A DNA stretch of 64,000 bases from Macrostomum lignano (taxonomy: Eukaryota), in contig NIVC01000731.1 in assembly GCA_002269645.1 (NCBI GenBank), forward strand, positions 186,001 through 250,000, written 5' to 3'. The position numbers and the translations under genes are program-made. Within the stretch, counting starts at the first letter, position 1, and each line of letters starts with the position of its first letter. Shown piece by piece: positions 39,880 to 54,777 of this stretch. The notes under the pieces were generated by a model. That model did not search any database, was not told the DNA's origin, and saw only the letters and a program-made list of their open reading frames with translations.

Positions 39880-41630
39880 GACTAATGAACCATCCTTGTC
39901 TCTTATGAACCATCCTTGACTCTTATGACCCATCATTGACTCTTATGACCCATCATTGACTCTTATGAACCATCCTTGACTCTTATGACCCATCCTTGAT
40001 TCTCATGACCCATCATTGACCCTTATGACCCATCATTGACCCTTATGACCCATCCTTGATTCTCATGACCCATCATTGACTCTTATGACCCATCATTGAC
40101 TCTTATGACCCATCATTGACTCTTATAAATAATCTTTGACTCTTATGACCCATCCTTGACTCTTATAAACCATCCTTGACTCTTATGACCCATCCTTGAT
40201 TCTCATGACCCATCATTGACCCTCATGACCCATCATTGATTCTCATGACCCATCATTGACTCTTATGACCCATCCTTGATTCTCATGACCCATCATTGAT
40301 TCTCATGACCCATCATTGACTCTTATGACCCATCCTTGATTCTCATGACCCATCATTGACCCTTATGACCCTCCTTGATTCTTATGACCCATCATTGACC
40401 CTTATGACCCATCATTGACTCTTATGACCCATCCTTGATTCTCATGACCCATCATTGACCCTTATGACCCATCCTTGATTCTTATGACCCATCCTTGATT
40501 CTCATGACCCATCTTTGATTCTTATGACCCATCCTTGATTCTCATGACCCATCATTGACCCTTATGATCCATCCTTGATTCTCATGACCCATCATTGACC
40601 CTTATGACCCTCCTTGATTCTTATGACCCATCATTGACCCTTATGACCCATCATTGACTCTTATGACCCATCCTTGATTCTCATGACCCATCATTGACCC
40701 TTATGACCCATCATTGACTCTTATGACCCATCCTTGATTCTCATGACCCATCATTGACCCTTATGACCCATCCTTGATTCTTATGACCCATCCTTGATTC
40801 TCATGACCCATCCTTGATTCTCATGACCCATCATTGACTCTTATGACCCATCCTTGATTCTCATGACCCATCATTGACCCTTATGACCCATCCTTGATTC
40901 TCATGACCCATCATTGACCCTTATGACCCTCCTTGATTCTTATGACCCATCATTGACCCTTATGACCCATCATTGACTCTTATGACCCATCCTTGATTCT
41001 TATGACCCATCATTGACCCTTATGACCCATCCTTGATTCTTATGACCCATCCTTGATTCTCATGACCCATCTTTGATTCTTATGACCCATCCTTGATTCT
41101 CATGACCCATCATTGACCCTTATGATCCATCCTTGATTCTCATGACCCATCATTGACCCTTATGACCCTCCTTGATTCTTATGACCCATCATTGACCCTT
41201 ATGACCCATCATTGACTCTTATGACCCATCCTTGATTCTCATGACCCATCATTGACCCTTATGACCCATCCTTGATTCTTATGACCCATCTTTGATTCTC
41301 ATGACCCATCTTTGATTCTTATGACCCATCATTGACTCTTATGAACCATCCTTGACTCTTATGACCCATCCTTGATTCTCATGACCCATCCTTGACTCTT
41401 ATGACCCATCCTTGATTCTCATGACCCATCATTGACCCTTATGACTCATCCTTGACTCTTATGAACCATCTTTGACTCTTATGATCCATCCTTGATTCTC
41501 ATGACCCATCATTGACTCTTATGACCCATCCTTGATTCTCATGACCCATCATTGACCCTTATGACCATCCTTGATTCTCATGACCCATCATTGACCCTTA
41601 TGACCCATCCTTGATTCTTTTGACCCATCC
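39880..41630. repeat. 20 bp minisatellite (tcttatgacccatccttgac)
   Basis: About 87 copies. Confidence 0.97.
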
Positions 41631-41784
41631 ATGGCAAGACGTATTTAACTCACCACAGTACACGCAAAATTTACTGTCTGCAGCTAATTCTACTTTTAGT
41701 AGGCTGTTGCTTGCGCCTAATAAGTCAAAATGCTTAGAATAAAAATTATTAACAACATCTCGCATTTGCAGTCAGCCGGTTGCC

Positions 41785-42952
41785 ATGGAAACTCAGATAC
41801 AAATTAGACGCGGCACGGCGGACGACATCGAGGCGGTGGCCGCGCAGGAGCTGGAGCTGGCGAACAGCCACAATGGCATGCAGCTGTACTGCCGGATCGA
41901 GTGCGATGAGCACCACCGGATGCTGCTGGCCGGCCTGCTCAAACTGCTGGTCGCCGCCGACTGCCAGTCTGGCCGGGTGGTCGGCTTTCTGCTGTACACG
42001 CCGTCTTACATGCACAGCCAGCCCGAGCCCGGCTTCTATGTGCAGAGCCTCTTTGTGGAGCTGGACTACCGGCGGCACAGGGTGAGGCTTCTTGGGGTCC
42101 TCAGTGATTGGGCCGCTGCCTCATTTGGGTCCTCAGTGACTGGGCCGCTGCCTCATTCGGGTCCTCAGTGATTGGGCCGCTGCCTCATTTGGGTCCTCGG
42201 TAATTGGGCCGCCAAATCTCGCTGGACCAACTGCAACTCTGGTTGGCCACCCGCAGGTCGGCCAGTCACTGCTGGCCACGCTGGGCCGCCTCGCCGCCTC
42301 CTCCGGCTTCGGCCACCTGAAGCTGCTGGTGCAGCGCAGCAACGCGCCGGCCGTGAACTGCTACAGACGTCTGGGGTTCGAATTCCTGAGCGATACGGAG
42401 AACATCGGCTTCTTTGAGCTGTGGCCGGCCAAGTTCGTGAACTCGATGCTTCGGGCGGGTCGCCGGCCGCTGCCCGCCGGCCTCAGCCTGGAGCTGCGGG
42501 ACTGCGACGGCCGGCTGTCGGGCGGGCTGGAGGCCGGGCGGCGGTTCGCCCTGACCTGCGCGGCCTGCGACTGCCGCCTTCAGGGCACCGCGGCGCTCAC
42601 CTACTGCATGTGGGACGGCTGCATCATGCTGGCCGACCTGCGGCTGCTGCGGCCCGCCTGCGCCCAGCGGCCCTGCCAGCTGCTGAGCGTCGCCAACCTG
42701 AAGCGGCTGCTGGGCCGCCTGGCACTCAGCCTGGCTGCGTCGCCAAGGCGGCTTTGGCTGGAGGCGCCTCGGCAGCAGACCGAGCTGCACCGGATGCTGC
42801 TGCACACCGGACTGGAGGACTTGGACGGCCGCCACGACGGAGACTGGGTCGTCTGCGCGCTGCGGGGCGCCCAGCTCTGCGGCCTGGCGGAGCGGCAAGT
42901 CGCCGATCATTTTGTGATTGAGGCCGACTGTGCTGCGCCTGCGATTCTGTAG
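41785..42952 (+). CDS. SSAT-like double-GNAT protein, copy 2 (2 exons, 330 aa)
   Basis: Exons 41785-42081 (AGG|gtgagg) and 42257-42952 (ccgcag|GTC). IQIRRGTADDI...VVGFLLY...FYVQSLFVELDYRRHR|VGQSLL...NAPAVNCYRRLGF. Confidence 0.9.
42095..42212. repeat. 32 bp repeat filling copy 2 intron 1 (gggtcctcagtgattgggccgctgcctcattt)
   Basis: Units at 42095, 42127, 42159, 42191. Confidence 0.9.
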
Positions 42953-43650
42953 TGTGCTCAGCAGTGTGCTCAGCAGTGTGCTCAGCAGTGTGCTCAGTAG
43001 TGTGCTCAGCAGTGTGCTCAGCAGTTTGCTCAGCAGTGTGCTCTGTAGTGTGCTCAGTAGTGTGCTCAGCAGTGTGCTCAGCAGTTTGCTCAGCAGTGTG
43101 CTCAGCAGTGTGCTCAGTAGTGTGCTCAGCAGTGTGCTCAGCAGTGTGCTCAGTAGTGTGCTCAGCAGTGTGCTCAGCAGTTTGCTCAGTAGTGTGCTCA
43201 GCAGTTTGCTCAGTAGTGTGCTCAGCAGTGTGCTCAGTAGTGTGCTCAGCAGTGTGCTCAGCAGTTTGCTCAGCAGTGTGCTCAGCAGTGTGCTCAGCAC
43301 TGTGCTCAGCAGTGTGCTCAGTAGTGTGCTCAGCAGTGTGCTCAGTAGTGTGCTCAGCAGTGTGCTCAGCACTGTGCTCAGTAGTGTGCTCAGCAGTGTG
43401 CTCAGCAGTGTGCTTAGCAGTGTGCTCAGCACTGTGCTCAGCAGTGTGCTCAGTAGTGTGCTCAGTAGTGTGCTCAGCAGTGTGCTCAGCACTGTGCTCA
43501 GTAGTGTGCTCAGCAGTGTGCTCAGCAGTGTGCTTAGCAGTGTGCTCAGCACTGTGCTCAGCAGTGTGCTCAGTAGTGTGCTCAGTAGTGTGCTCAGCAG
43601 TGTGCTCAGCGGTGTGCTCAGCAGTGTGCTCAGCATTGTGCTCAGCAGTG
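42950..43650. repeat. 12 bp repeat (gtgtgctcagca/gtgtgctcagta) starting at the copy 2 stop codon
   Basis: About 58 copies. Confidence 0.97.
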
Positions 43651-44414
43651 ATGCTGAGTTTATTTGCAGTATTGTTTGCAGTTTGCACTAAACCCAGCGT
43701 TTATAATCTGGTTGTACTAATTTTATCTATCGAACGCTCTTTCACGCAATGGCAATATTTTTTGTATTTCAAGTTGTGAGAGAAACTCTTTTGCAAACCT
43801 TTTTTAGCCTCTCTGCTCTCCATCTTTGATTGCGGGACATTGCAGCCCTTCAAAATGATTTTGTACTTTTGTACAGTATATATATACACTGATTGTACGT
43901 ATTGCTAGCGACCAGATCCCACACCTTGCTGCTATATCCTACTGCCAAGTCTCAATCCCCTACCCCACACCGGTAAGAAATTCTTTTGTTTGCCCTCAAG
44001 TGCAGAGTCTGAGAAGCAGCTCAGAATTGGGAAAGCAGAGCGAGGCGCGGGGCTCGCGGAACCGCCTTTTGTCCAAATAAATTTCCTGCTACCTGTCTGA
44101 TGCAACTGTTAACAATTCAACTATCCCGTTGTCCCCAATCGGATGTACTTTTATTTTGATTAGATTTTATTACCATAATGCAGTACAAATCCTGCGCTGT
44201 GCAATAAATTTACTTGTCTGATTAGCTTAGAAAATTGTAATATTTTTTTAGCTGAGTGCATCGCTTTATTGTATCAAATATCATTAGATATTTTATCCAC
44301 ACAGGTGTGGCAAACTGCAGTTTGTCGTTCGTGTTTTTGTCTGCTCAAGTGATTGTATCATTTTCACTGCTATGCCAATGTTTTACAGTTCTCTCTGGTG
44401 TCGTGCGGGATCTT

Positions 44415-45345
44415 TTCGGGTGAGATTGTGGGATCCTTAGGAAGTAAGATTGTGGGATCTTTTAGGGTGAGATTGTGGGATCTTTTCGGGTGAGATTGTG
44501 AGATCTTTTCAGTGAGATTGTGAGATCTTTTAGGGTGGGATTGTGGGATCCTTAGGAAGTAAGATTGTGGGATCTTTTAGGGTGAGATTGTGAGATCTTT
44601 TCGGGTGAGATTGTGAGATCTTTTCAGTGAGATTGTGGGATCTTTTAGGGTGGGATTGTGGGATCCTTAGGAAGTAAGATTGTGGGATCTTTTAGGGTGA
44701 GATTGTGGGATCTTTTCGGGTGAGATTGTGGGATCTTTTCGGGTGAGATTGTGGGATCTTTTAGGGTGGGATTGTGGGATCTTTTCAGTGAGATTGTGGG
44801 ATCTTTTCGGGTGAGATTGTCGGATCTTTTAGTGTGAGATTGTGGGATCTTTTCGGGTGAGATTGTCGGATCTTTTAGTGTGAGATTGTGGGATCTTTTA
44901 GTGTGAGATTGTGGGATCTTTTAGTATGAGATTGTGGGATCTTTTAGGGTGGGATTGTGGGATCCTTTAGTGTGAGATTGTGGGATCTTTTAGTATGAGA
45001 TTGTGGGATCTTTTAGGGTGGGATTGTGGGATCTTTTAGTGTGAGATTGTGGGATCTTTTAGTATGAGATTGTGGGATCTTTTAGGGTGGGATTGTGGGA
45101 TCTTTTAGTGTGAGATTGTGGGATCTTTTAGTATGAGATTGTGGGATCTTTTAGGGTGGGATTGTGGGATCTTTTAGTGTGAGATTGTGGGATCTTTTAG
45201 TATGAGATTGTGGGATCTTTTAGGGTGGGATTGTGGGATCTTTTAGTGTGAGATTGTGGGATCTTTTAGTGTGAGATTGTGGGATCTTTTAGTGAAATTG
45301 TGGGATCCTTAGGAAGTGAGATTGTGGGATCTTTAGGGAGATTGT
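44415..45345. repeat. 22-23 bp minisatellite (gtgagattgtgggatcttttagg)
   Basis: About 40 copies. Confidence 0.96.
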
Positions 45346-45520
45346 GGGATATTTTGGGATGATATTTCGGGGTCTTGGATGCAGCTTTCAAAGGATCTTG
45401 TCAGAACACATCTTGAGCACCTGATCAGTGAAATTTAGGCCAGATTTTGCTTTAAAAATTTTACTGGCTAAAAATTTTCATTCGTTTCTGCATCCGTTGC
45501 CCTAAAACTTTTCCAGCAAA

Positions 45521-46628
45521 ATGTCTGTTGCCATGGTGACTGGCAGCTGCGGCCAGCCGGCCCAACCAGCGCTGCTCATCAGGCAGGGCGCCCCGGAGGA
45601 CCTCCTGGAGGCCGCCGAGCTGGAGGAGGAGCTGGCAGCCTGCCATGACGGCATGCAGCTGTACAGCCGCTGCAGCGCCGTCGAGCACCGCCTCATGATG
45701 CTGGCCGGCCTGCTCAGGCTGCTGGTCGCGGTTGCTATGGCAACCGGCCGGATTGTGGGCTTCGTCCTGTACACCGTGTCTCACGTGTCCCAGCAGGACC
45801 TGCCAGGCCTCTACGTGCAGAGCCTCTTTGTTGACGGGGCTTACCGGAGACACCGGGTGAGTACCGGGTCAGGGATGCTGCGAGTTGTCACTGATTGCAA
45901 ATGGGAATTATTTAATCCTGAGCCTCATCATCCATCTACATCCCCACCTGCCGCAGGTCGGCCAGTCGCTGCTGGCCACGCTGGGCCGCCTCGCCGCCTC
46001 CTCCGGCTTCGGCCACCTGAAGCTGCTGGTGCAGCGCAGCAACGCGCCGGCCGTGAACTGCTACAGACGTCTGGGGTTCGAATTCCTGAGCGATACGGAG
46101 AACATCGGCTTCTTCGAGCTGTGGCCGGCCAAGTTCGTGAACTCGATGCTTCGGGCGGGTCGCCGGCCGCTGCCCGCCGGCCTCAGCCTGGAGCTGCGGG
46201 ACTGCGACGGCCGGCTGTCGGGCGGGCTGGAGGCCGGGCGGCGGTTCGCCCTGACCTGCGCGGCCTGCGACTGCCGCCTTCAGGGCACCGCGGCGCTCAC
46301 CTACTGCATGTGGGACGGCTGCATCATGCTGGCCGACCTGCGGCTGCTGCGGCCCGCCTGCGCCCAGCGGCCCTGCCAGCTGCTGAGCGTCGCCAACCTG
46401 AAGCGGCTGCTGGGCCGCCTGGCACTCAGCCTGGCTGCGTCGCCAAGGCGGCTTTGGCTGGAGGCGCCTCGGCAGCAGACCGAGCTGCACCGGATGCTGC
46501 TGCACACCGGACTGGAGGACTTGGACGGCCGCCACGACGGAGACTGGGTCGTCTGCGCGCTGCGGGGCGCCCAGCTCTGCGGCCTGGCGGAGCGGCAGGT
46601 CGACAGCAACATCCTGGTTGCCGTGTAG
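45521..46628 (+). CDS. SSAT-like double-GNAT protein, copy 3 (2 exons, 335 aa)
   Basis: Exons 45521-45856 (CGG|gtgagt) and 45957-46628 (ccgcag|GTC). LLIRQGAPEDL...IVGFVLY...LYVQSLFVDGAYRRHR|VGQSLL. Confidence 0.9.
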
Positions 46629-46629
46629 C

Positions 46630-46812
46630 CAGTCTGTAATACTGTCAGTCCGTAATACTGTCTGTCTGTAATACTGTCTGTCTGTAATACTGTCAGTCTG
46701 TAATACTGTCAGTCTGTAATACTGTCTGTCTGTAATACTGTCAGTCTGTAATACTGTCAGTCTGTAATAATACTGTCAGTCTGTAATACTGTCAGTCTGT
46801 AATACTGTCTTT
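46630..46812. repeat. 16 bp repeat (tctgtaatactgtcag) just after the copy 3 stop
   Basis: About 11 copies. Confidence 0.95.
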
Positions 46813-47179
46813 CTGTGACACAGGCTTTAATACTGAAAGCTTGCGGCTACTACTTGCACTGTCCATATTTCTTCATAATTAATTTGTATTGCGACTTTCT
46901 TACTGTATTGCGATTTGCGATTGCGATGTGTTTTACCTTTACTTCAATCAAGCCAGCTGTCTTCGTTTACAGTTCATCAAGTGCTTTTCCAACCAGTTTT
47001 TTTATTCGCTCGATAATCCTGAGATCATTCCTTTGAGCAGATTTTTCTTGACAATGATTACAGAATGAATTAGATTTTTTAATTCACCTTTTTATCTGTT
47101 TTTTTATCCCGATTTGTTACTTTGGTATCCTTTTATTTTTACTTTTTCGTAAAGCTTTAGTGGGCAGTAAGTGTAGGCG

Positions 47180-47830
<651 letters not shown>

Positions 47831-47886
47831 TCAGCAGCAGCCATATATTTCACCGCCACCCCGAATTCCAGCAGCTGCCAGCAGCC

Positions 47887-50800
47887 ATGAAGCCCGAATC
47901 CTCCACCGCCACCGTGGTGATCCGCTACGGCACGCCGGATGACATGTACCAGGTGACCTGCCACGAGAAGGAGCTGGCCAAGTGTCACGAAAACATGCTG
48001 CAGTACTGCAGGCTGGGCAGCGAGGCGCACCGCCAGATGCTCATGGACGGCCTGTTCAGGATTATGGTTGCCGAGGCCGAGGGCCGCGTCATCGGATACC
48101 TGCTGTACACCCCCTCCTACCTGCTGCGGCACGCTGAGCCGGGCTTCTACGTACAGAGCCTGTACGTTGAGCCGCTGTACCGCAGGCACCAGGTGAGGCG
48201 TCCCTCTGTGTGATTGCACTGTGAATGCACTGTGAATGCACTGTGAATGCACTGTGAATGCACTGTGAATGCACTGTGAATGCACTGTGAATGAACTTCT
48301 ATTTGGGGCTGTGGCATAAATTCGCTGCGACCCCAGGATATCCCACATTTTACTGTAAGAAACAGCATCTCATATTACCCCACTGCACCCCATAATACCC
48401 CACTGCATTCCATAATATCCCACTGCATTCCATAATACCCCACTGCACCCCATAATACCCCACTGCACCCCATAATACCCCACTGCATTCCATAATACCC
48501 CACTGCACCCCATATTACCCCACTGCACCCCATATTACCCACTGCACCCCATAATACCCCACTGCACCCCAGAATACCCCACTGCATTCCATAATACCCC
48601 ACTGCATCCCAAAATACCCCACTGCATTCCATAATACCTTACTGCACCCCATAATACCCCACTGCATTCCATAATACCCCACTGCACCCCATATTACCCC
48701 ACTGCACCCCATAATACCCCACTGCACCCCATAATACCCCACTGCATTCCATAATACCCCACTGCACCCCATATTACCCCACTGCACCCCATAATACCCC
48801 ACTGCACCCCATAATACCCCACTGCATCCCAAAATACCCCACTGCATTCCATAATACCTTACTGCACCCCATAATACCCCACTGCATTCCATAATACCCC
48901 ACTGCATTCCATAATACCCCACTGCATCCCAAAATACCCCACTGCATTCCATAATACCCCACTGCATTCCATAATACCCCACTGCATTCCATAATACCCC
49001 ACTGCACCCCATAATACCCCACTGCATTCCATAATACCCCACTGCACCCCATATTACCCCACTGCACCCCATAATACCCCACTGCACCCCATAATACCCC
49101 ACTGCATCCCAAAATACCCCACTGCATTCCATAATACCTTACTGCACCCCATAATACCCCACTGCATTCCATAATACCCCACTGCATTCCATAATACCCC
49201 ACTGCATCCCAAAATACCCCACTGCATTCCATAATACCCCACTGCATTCCATAATACCCCACTGCATTCCATAATACCCCACTGCACCCCATAATACCCC
49301 ACTGCACCCCAGAATACCCCACTGCATTCCATAATACCCCACTGCACCCCATATTACCCCACTGCACCCCATATTACCCCACTGCACCCCATATTACCCC
49401 ACTGCACCCCATAATACCCCACTGCACCCCATAATACCCCACTGCATTCCATAATACCCCACTGCACCCCATATTACCCCACTGCACCCCATAATACCCC
49501 ACTGCACCCCATAATACCCCACTGCATTCCATAATACCCCACTGCATCCCAAAATACCCCACTGCATTCCATAATACCTTACTGCACCCCATAATACCCC
49601 ACTGCACCCCATAATACCCCACTGCATCCCAAAATACCCTACTGCATTCCATAATACCCCACTGCACCCCATAATACCCCACTGCATTCCATAATACCCC
49701 ACTGCATTCCATAATACCCCACTGCATTCCATAATACCCCACTGCACCCCAAAATACCCCACTGCACCCCAGAATACCCCACTGCATTCCATAATACCCC
49801 ACTGCATCCCAAAATACCCCACTGAACCCCACGGTAGCACGGGGCATATTAAGAAGCCATAAATATCCCATACAACCAACCAGACCCGCACCGGCCCTCC
49901 CGCAGGTCGGCCAGTCGCTGCTGGCCACGCTGGGCCGCCTCGCCGCCTCCTCCGGCTTCGGCCACCTGAAGCTGTTGGTGCAGCACAGCAACGCGCCAGC
50001 CGTGAACTGCTACAGACGTCTGGGGTTCGATTTTCTAACCGAGACGGAGAACATCGGCTTCTTCGAGCTGTGGCCGCCGAAGTTTATCACTTCAACTCTG
50101 CAGGCGGGTCGCCGGCCGCTGCCCGCCGGCCTCCACCTGGAGCTGCGGGACTGCGGCGGCCGGCTGTCGGGCAAGCTGGAGACTGGGCGGCGGTTCGCCC
50201 TGACCTGCGCGGCCTGCGACTGCCGCCTGCAGGGCACCGTCGCTCTGACCTACTGCATGTGGGACGGCCCTGTGGCTCAGGTGAGATTTCTAGATTTCTG
50301 ATTGGCTCACACCATCTACCCAGTCCAGCTCTGATTGGCTGGCACTATGTACCCAGTCCAGCTCTGATTGGCTGGCACTATGTACCCAACTCAGCTCTGA
50401 TTGGCTGGCTCTGTACCCAACTCAGCTCTGGTGGGCTGGCACTATGTACCCAGCTCAGCTCTGATTGGCTGGCACTATGTACACAGCTCAGCTCTGATTG
50501 GCTGGCACTATGTACCCAGCTCAGCTCTGATTGGCTGGCACTATGTACCCAGCTCAGCTCTGATTCGCACGCTTCCCTTAAACGCTTTCCAGGCCGACTT
50601 GGAGGCGGTTCGGCCGAGCTGTCCGGCCCGCGGCTGCGCCCTGCTGAACGCGGCCAACCTCCGCCGGCTTTTTGGTCGGCTGCTGCTCACCTGCCTGCCT
50701 GTCCGGCCGGTCCGCCTGTGGCTGGAGGCCGGCCGCCGGGACTCCCGGCTGCGCCAGCTGCTCATCAAGATCGGGCTGGAGGACAGCACGGCCAGCGAGC

Positions 50801-50919
50801 TGTGGCACGTGTGCGACCTGTCCGGCCCCGGCCTGTCCGAGCTGGCCGGACGCAGCGTGGCCTGTCCGAGTGTTGGCCGACTGGCCATTGATGCAGGCGC
50901 CTTGACAGCGGAGCTCTGA
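47887..50919 (+). CDS. SSAT-like double-GNAT protein, copy 4 (3 exons, 335 aa)
   Basis: Exons 47887-48192, 49906-50280, 50593-50919, all phase 0. VVIRYGTPDD...VIGYLLY...FYVQSLYVEPLYRRHQ|VGQSLL...NAPAVNCYRRLGF...YCMWDGPVAQ|ADL. Confidence 0.9.
48205..49825. repeat. Compound intronic array: 10 bp (gcactgtgaa) at 48205-48290, then 20 bp (cccactgcattccataatac) at 48375-49825
   Basis: Direct reading. Confidence 0.96.
50300..50565. repeat. 33 bp minisatellite (ctctgattggctggcactatgtacccagctcag), copy 4 intron 2
   Basis: About 8 copies. Confidence 0.94.
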
Positions 50920-51047
50920 AGCCCCTGCTTTGTTTTTAGCCGTGTCGTTTTGTGATTGTTTTTGTGTGGCTCACCAAGCAACTGTCTATTGATCCTGTCT
51001 GGTTTTAGTTGCTATGCTGGACTCTTGTGTTCAGTTTTTATTGCTTA

Positions 51048-51488
<441 letters not shown>

Positions 51489-52424
51489 CTATTTTTACAC
51501 TCTGTCAATATTTAAATTATCTGTGTCAAGCTGGGTTTGGTTTACCGCCCAACTCCGCGTCTCACATTCAGTACACTTTAGTGCTGGTTGCATATGCTAA
51601 GATGCATTTCCACTTGCGGGTGCTCTGAAAGTCTGCAATCTGGTCTAATTTGGCCACTGCTATGTGCGGCAGACCCCTCACGCTATTGCCGTACTGTATT
51701 AAGCTTTCATCATTGTGACTTGATCTCCCCCTCATGTCTCCGATTCGTAACTGTCTGCTCGCTCCCTCTGTGTCCGATCTGTTGTCACAGGCATTTTTTA
51801 CCGCGCTCTGACCGTCTTCAATGCGATCCTTTGCGATTTGTGATCCTCAATTTGGGAATTCAATTGTGATTTCGTCTTTATTTACAATAACGCTTGCTTG
51901 CTTTACAATTTTGACTTCGTGGTAAACATAATTTCCCCTCTGCTCTACTCGTACTTATCTACTAAGTAGTCTGACGCGTAATTTTTTCCAAGCTGTGATT
52001 TTTATCAATAAATCGACTAATCGCTTAAAATAAGTTCGTCCTGTACTTGTGTGCGACTTTCCAACTTGTTATTTTTTAGCTTCGAGCTGCCGGAACTACC
52101 AAATCTATCAAGAATGAACTCAAAGTTTCTTCAAGTGTTTTGAAAGCATTGGAATGCTAGCCGCGCACTGTGTGTTTATTTTCTTTAGTTTTGTTCCATG
52201 GACTGGCCGGTGTGTCTGGCCGGCGCAACACAGCAAATCTGACAGTCTTGAACTGGGCAAAAAGCGTGTGAAAGAAAGCGGGAAAAAGCAGAGATTAACA
52301 AGCAAGTAGTTAAAGTATTTGAGCGAAATAGCAGTGCGACTCATGAGGATCCCTCATGAAGCTGGCTGAGTCAGAATGTCACCTGCAGCCTCAGGCGCTG
52401 CGGCTGAGGCTGCGATAGGATTTT

Positions 52425-52862
52425 GGGGATTCGATTTTAGGGATTCTAAAATGTGGGATTAGATTTTGGGATTCTAAAATGTGGCATTCGATTTTGGGAT
52501 TCTACAATGTGGGACTCGATTTTGGGATTCTAAAATGTGGCACTCGATTTTGGGATTCTACAATGTGGGACTCGATTTGGGGATTCTAAAATGTGGGATT
52601 GGATTTTGGGGATTCTAAAATGTGGGATTGGATTTTGTAGATTCTAAAATTTGGGATTGGATTTGGGGATTCTAAAATGTGGGACTCGATTTTGGGATTC
52701 TAAAATGTGGGACTCGATTTGGGGATTCTAATAAAATGTGGGATTTGATTTTGGGGATTCTAAAATGTGGGATTGGATTTTGTAGATTCTAAAATGTGGG
52801 ATTGGATTTGGGGATTCTAAAAAAATGTGGGATTGGATTTTGGGATTCTAAAATGTGGGATT
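52425..52862. repeat. 28-29 bp minisatellite (gggattctaaaatgtgggattcgatttt)
   Basis: About 15 copies. Confidence 0.94.
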
Positions 52863-52922
52863 TGTTGGGTTCGAATTTGATTTCAGACTGGATTTCGCTT
52901 TCACGGAACCTCTGGCTGTCAA

Positions 52923-54777
52923 TCAGTTGTCAACCGACTGTCTCAGCGACTCGTCGATGCTGAGCACCTGCGGCCGCAGCCGCTGCCGACCCGGCAGCTG
53001 GTGGTCGGAGCCGGTGCTGGGCAGGCAGAGGCGCCGGGGCTCGCGCTCCACCAGCCGGCCCTGCCGCTGCTGCTCGGCGAGGTGCTGCACGGACAGCCGC
53101 TGCTCGGACCGCGTCAGCGACTGCTGCAGAGGCGGCGAGGACGAGGCGGAGTCCGGGCCTGCGGCATGCTGGCTGGCCTGCCGCCTGACGCTGTGCTTTG
53201 CCCGCTCCTGTTGAGGCTGCTGCGGACCCTCCGGCTCTGAGCGGAGGCTGGTGACCCGGGGAGTTGCCTTCGGCTCCCCGATGAAGAAGCTCTGATGCTG
53301 CTGCGGCTGGTGCGGCTCCTGCAGCGACGGCTGCTTCCTGGGCGTTGACCAGGCCTCGCGCAGGCCGCGGGCTGCCGCCAGCTGCTCCCAGGACTTGGCG
53401 AGCCGCCCGCTGCTGCTGCCGCCGCTTGACGACATTCTGGTTTCTAAAATTTGAGATTTGGGATTCCAGTCTCAACCGTTACGAAATATAATTTAGGTTT
53501 GGGATTTGGAATACGAGCGTAGTGGGTTCTGGATTTGCTATTTAAAATTAGATTGCGGACAATTATTGTCTTTGGGATTCGAGTTTGAGGTTTGAATTTT
53601 TTTAATCCTAGGATTCGGACTTTGAAATGATGAGCTTTTAGGTATACCTGAGTTGGAGATACAGGATGAGACCAGATACTCTGTTGTCAACCTTTGTTGG
53701 CCTGTTGTCAGCCTATCCCAATCCACGGTGTGCAACTCTCTGACAGACTCCCTGACAGACTTATTGACAGTCTCATTGACAGACTCCCTGACAGACTTAT
53801 TGACAGACTCCCTGACAGACTTATTGACAGTCTCACTGACAGGCTCCCACTCCCTGACAGACTTATTGACAGTCTCACTGACAGACTCCCTGACAGACTT
53901 ATTGCATGAAATTCTCATTAACAGACTCACTGACAGACTTATTGACAGTCTCACTGACAGGCTCCCACTCCCTGACAGACTTATTGACAGTCTCACTGAC
54001 AGGCTCCCACTCCCTGACAGACTTATTGACAGTCTCATTGACAGACTCCCTGACAGACTTATTGACAGTCTCACTGACAGGCTCCCACTCCCTGACAGAC
54101 TTATTGACAGTCTCACTGACAGACTCAGTAACAGACTCCCTGACAGACTTATTGACAGTCTCATTGACAGACTCCCTGACAGACTTATTGACAGTCTCAT
54201 TGACAGACTCCCTGACAGACTCCCTGACAGACTTATTGCATGAAATTCTCATTAACAGACTCACTGACAGACTTATTGACAGTCTCACTGACAGGCTCCC
54301 ACTCCCTGACAGACTTATTGACAGTCTCACTGACAGGCTCCCACTCCCTGACAGACTTATTGACAGTCTCATTGACAGACTCAGTAACAGACTCCCTGAC
54401 AGACTTATTGACAGTCTCATTGACAGACTCCCTGACAGACTTATTGACAGTCTCATTGACAGACTCCCTGACAGACTCCCTGACAGACTTATTGCATGAA
54501 ATTCTCATTAACAGACTCACTGACAGACTTATTGACAGTCTCATTGACAGACTCCCTGACAGACTTATTGACAGTCTCATTGACAGACTCCCTGACAGAC
54601 TTATTGACGGACTTGCTGACAGACTCTTAGATAATATTTATGACTACCTGACGGACTACCTGACGGACTACCTGACGGACTACCTGACAGACTACCTGAT
54701 AGAAAACTCGAAGTTCTGTTCCGCCTACCTTGGCAGGCCGCGCCAGGAGTCGCCCTCAGAGTTCTCTAGCCGTTGAG
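52923..54777 (-). CDS. Last two exons of an uncharacterised Q/S/R-rich protein; 5' exons not found
   Basis: Exon 54777-54729 (cag| ... AG|gtaggc) joins in phase 2 to exon 53436-52923 (aaaccag|A ATG...): QRLENSEGDSWRGLPR-MSSSGG...AKSWEQL...SIDESLRQSVDN*. Very high GC3 in this frame only. Confidence 0.62.
53740..54692. repeat. 12/36 bp minisatellite (tgacagactccctgacagacttattgacagtctcat) with higher-order blocks, intronic
   Basis: Direct reading; the block marker gcatgaaattctcatt recurs at about 53905, 54238, 54494. Confidence 0.95.

Noticed and set aside
45521-46639. 372-aa read-through ORF for GNAT copy 3
   Set aside because: Reading through the 100-nt intron shifts frame and loses motif B; the spliced model matches the paralogues
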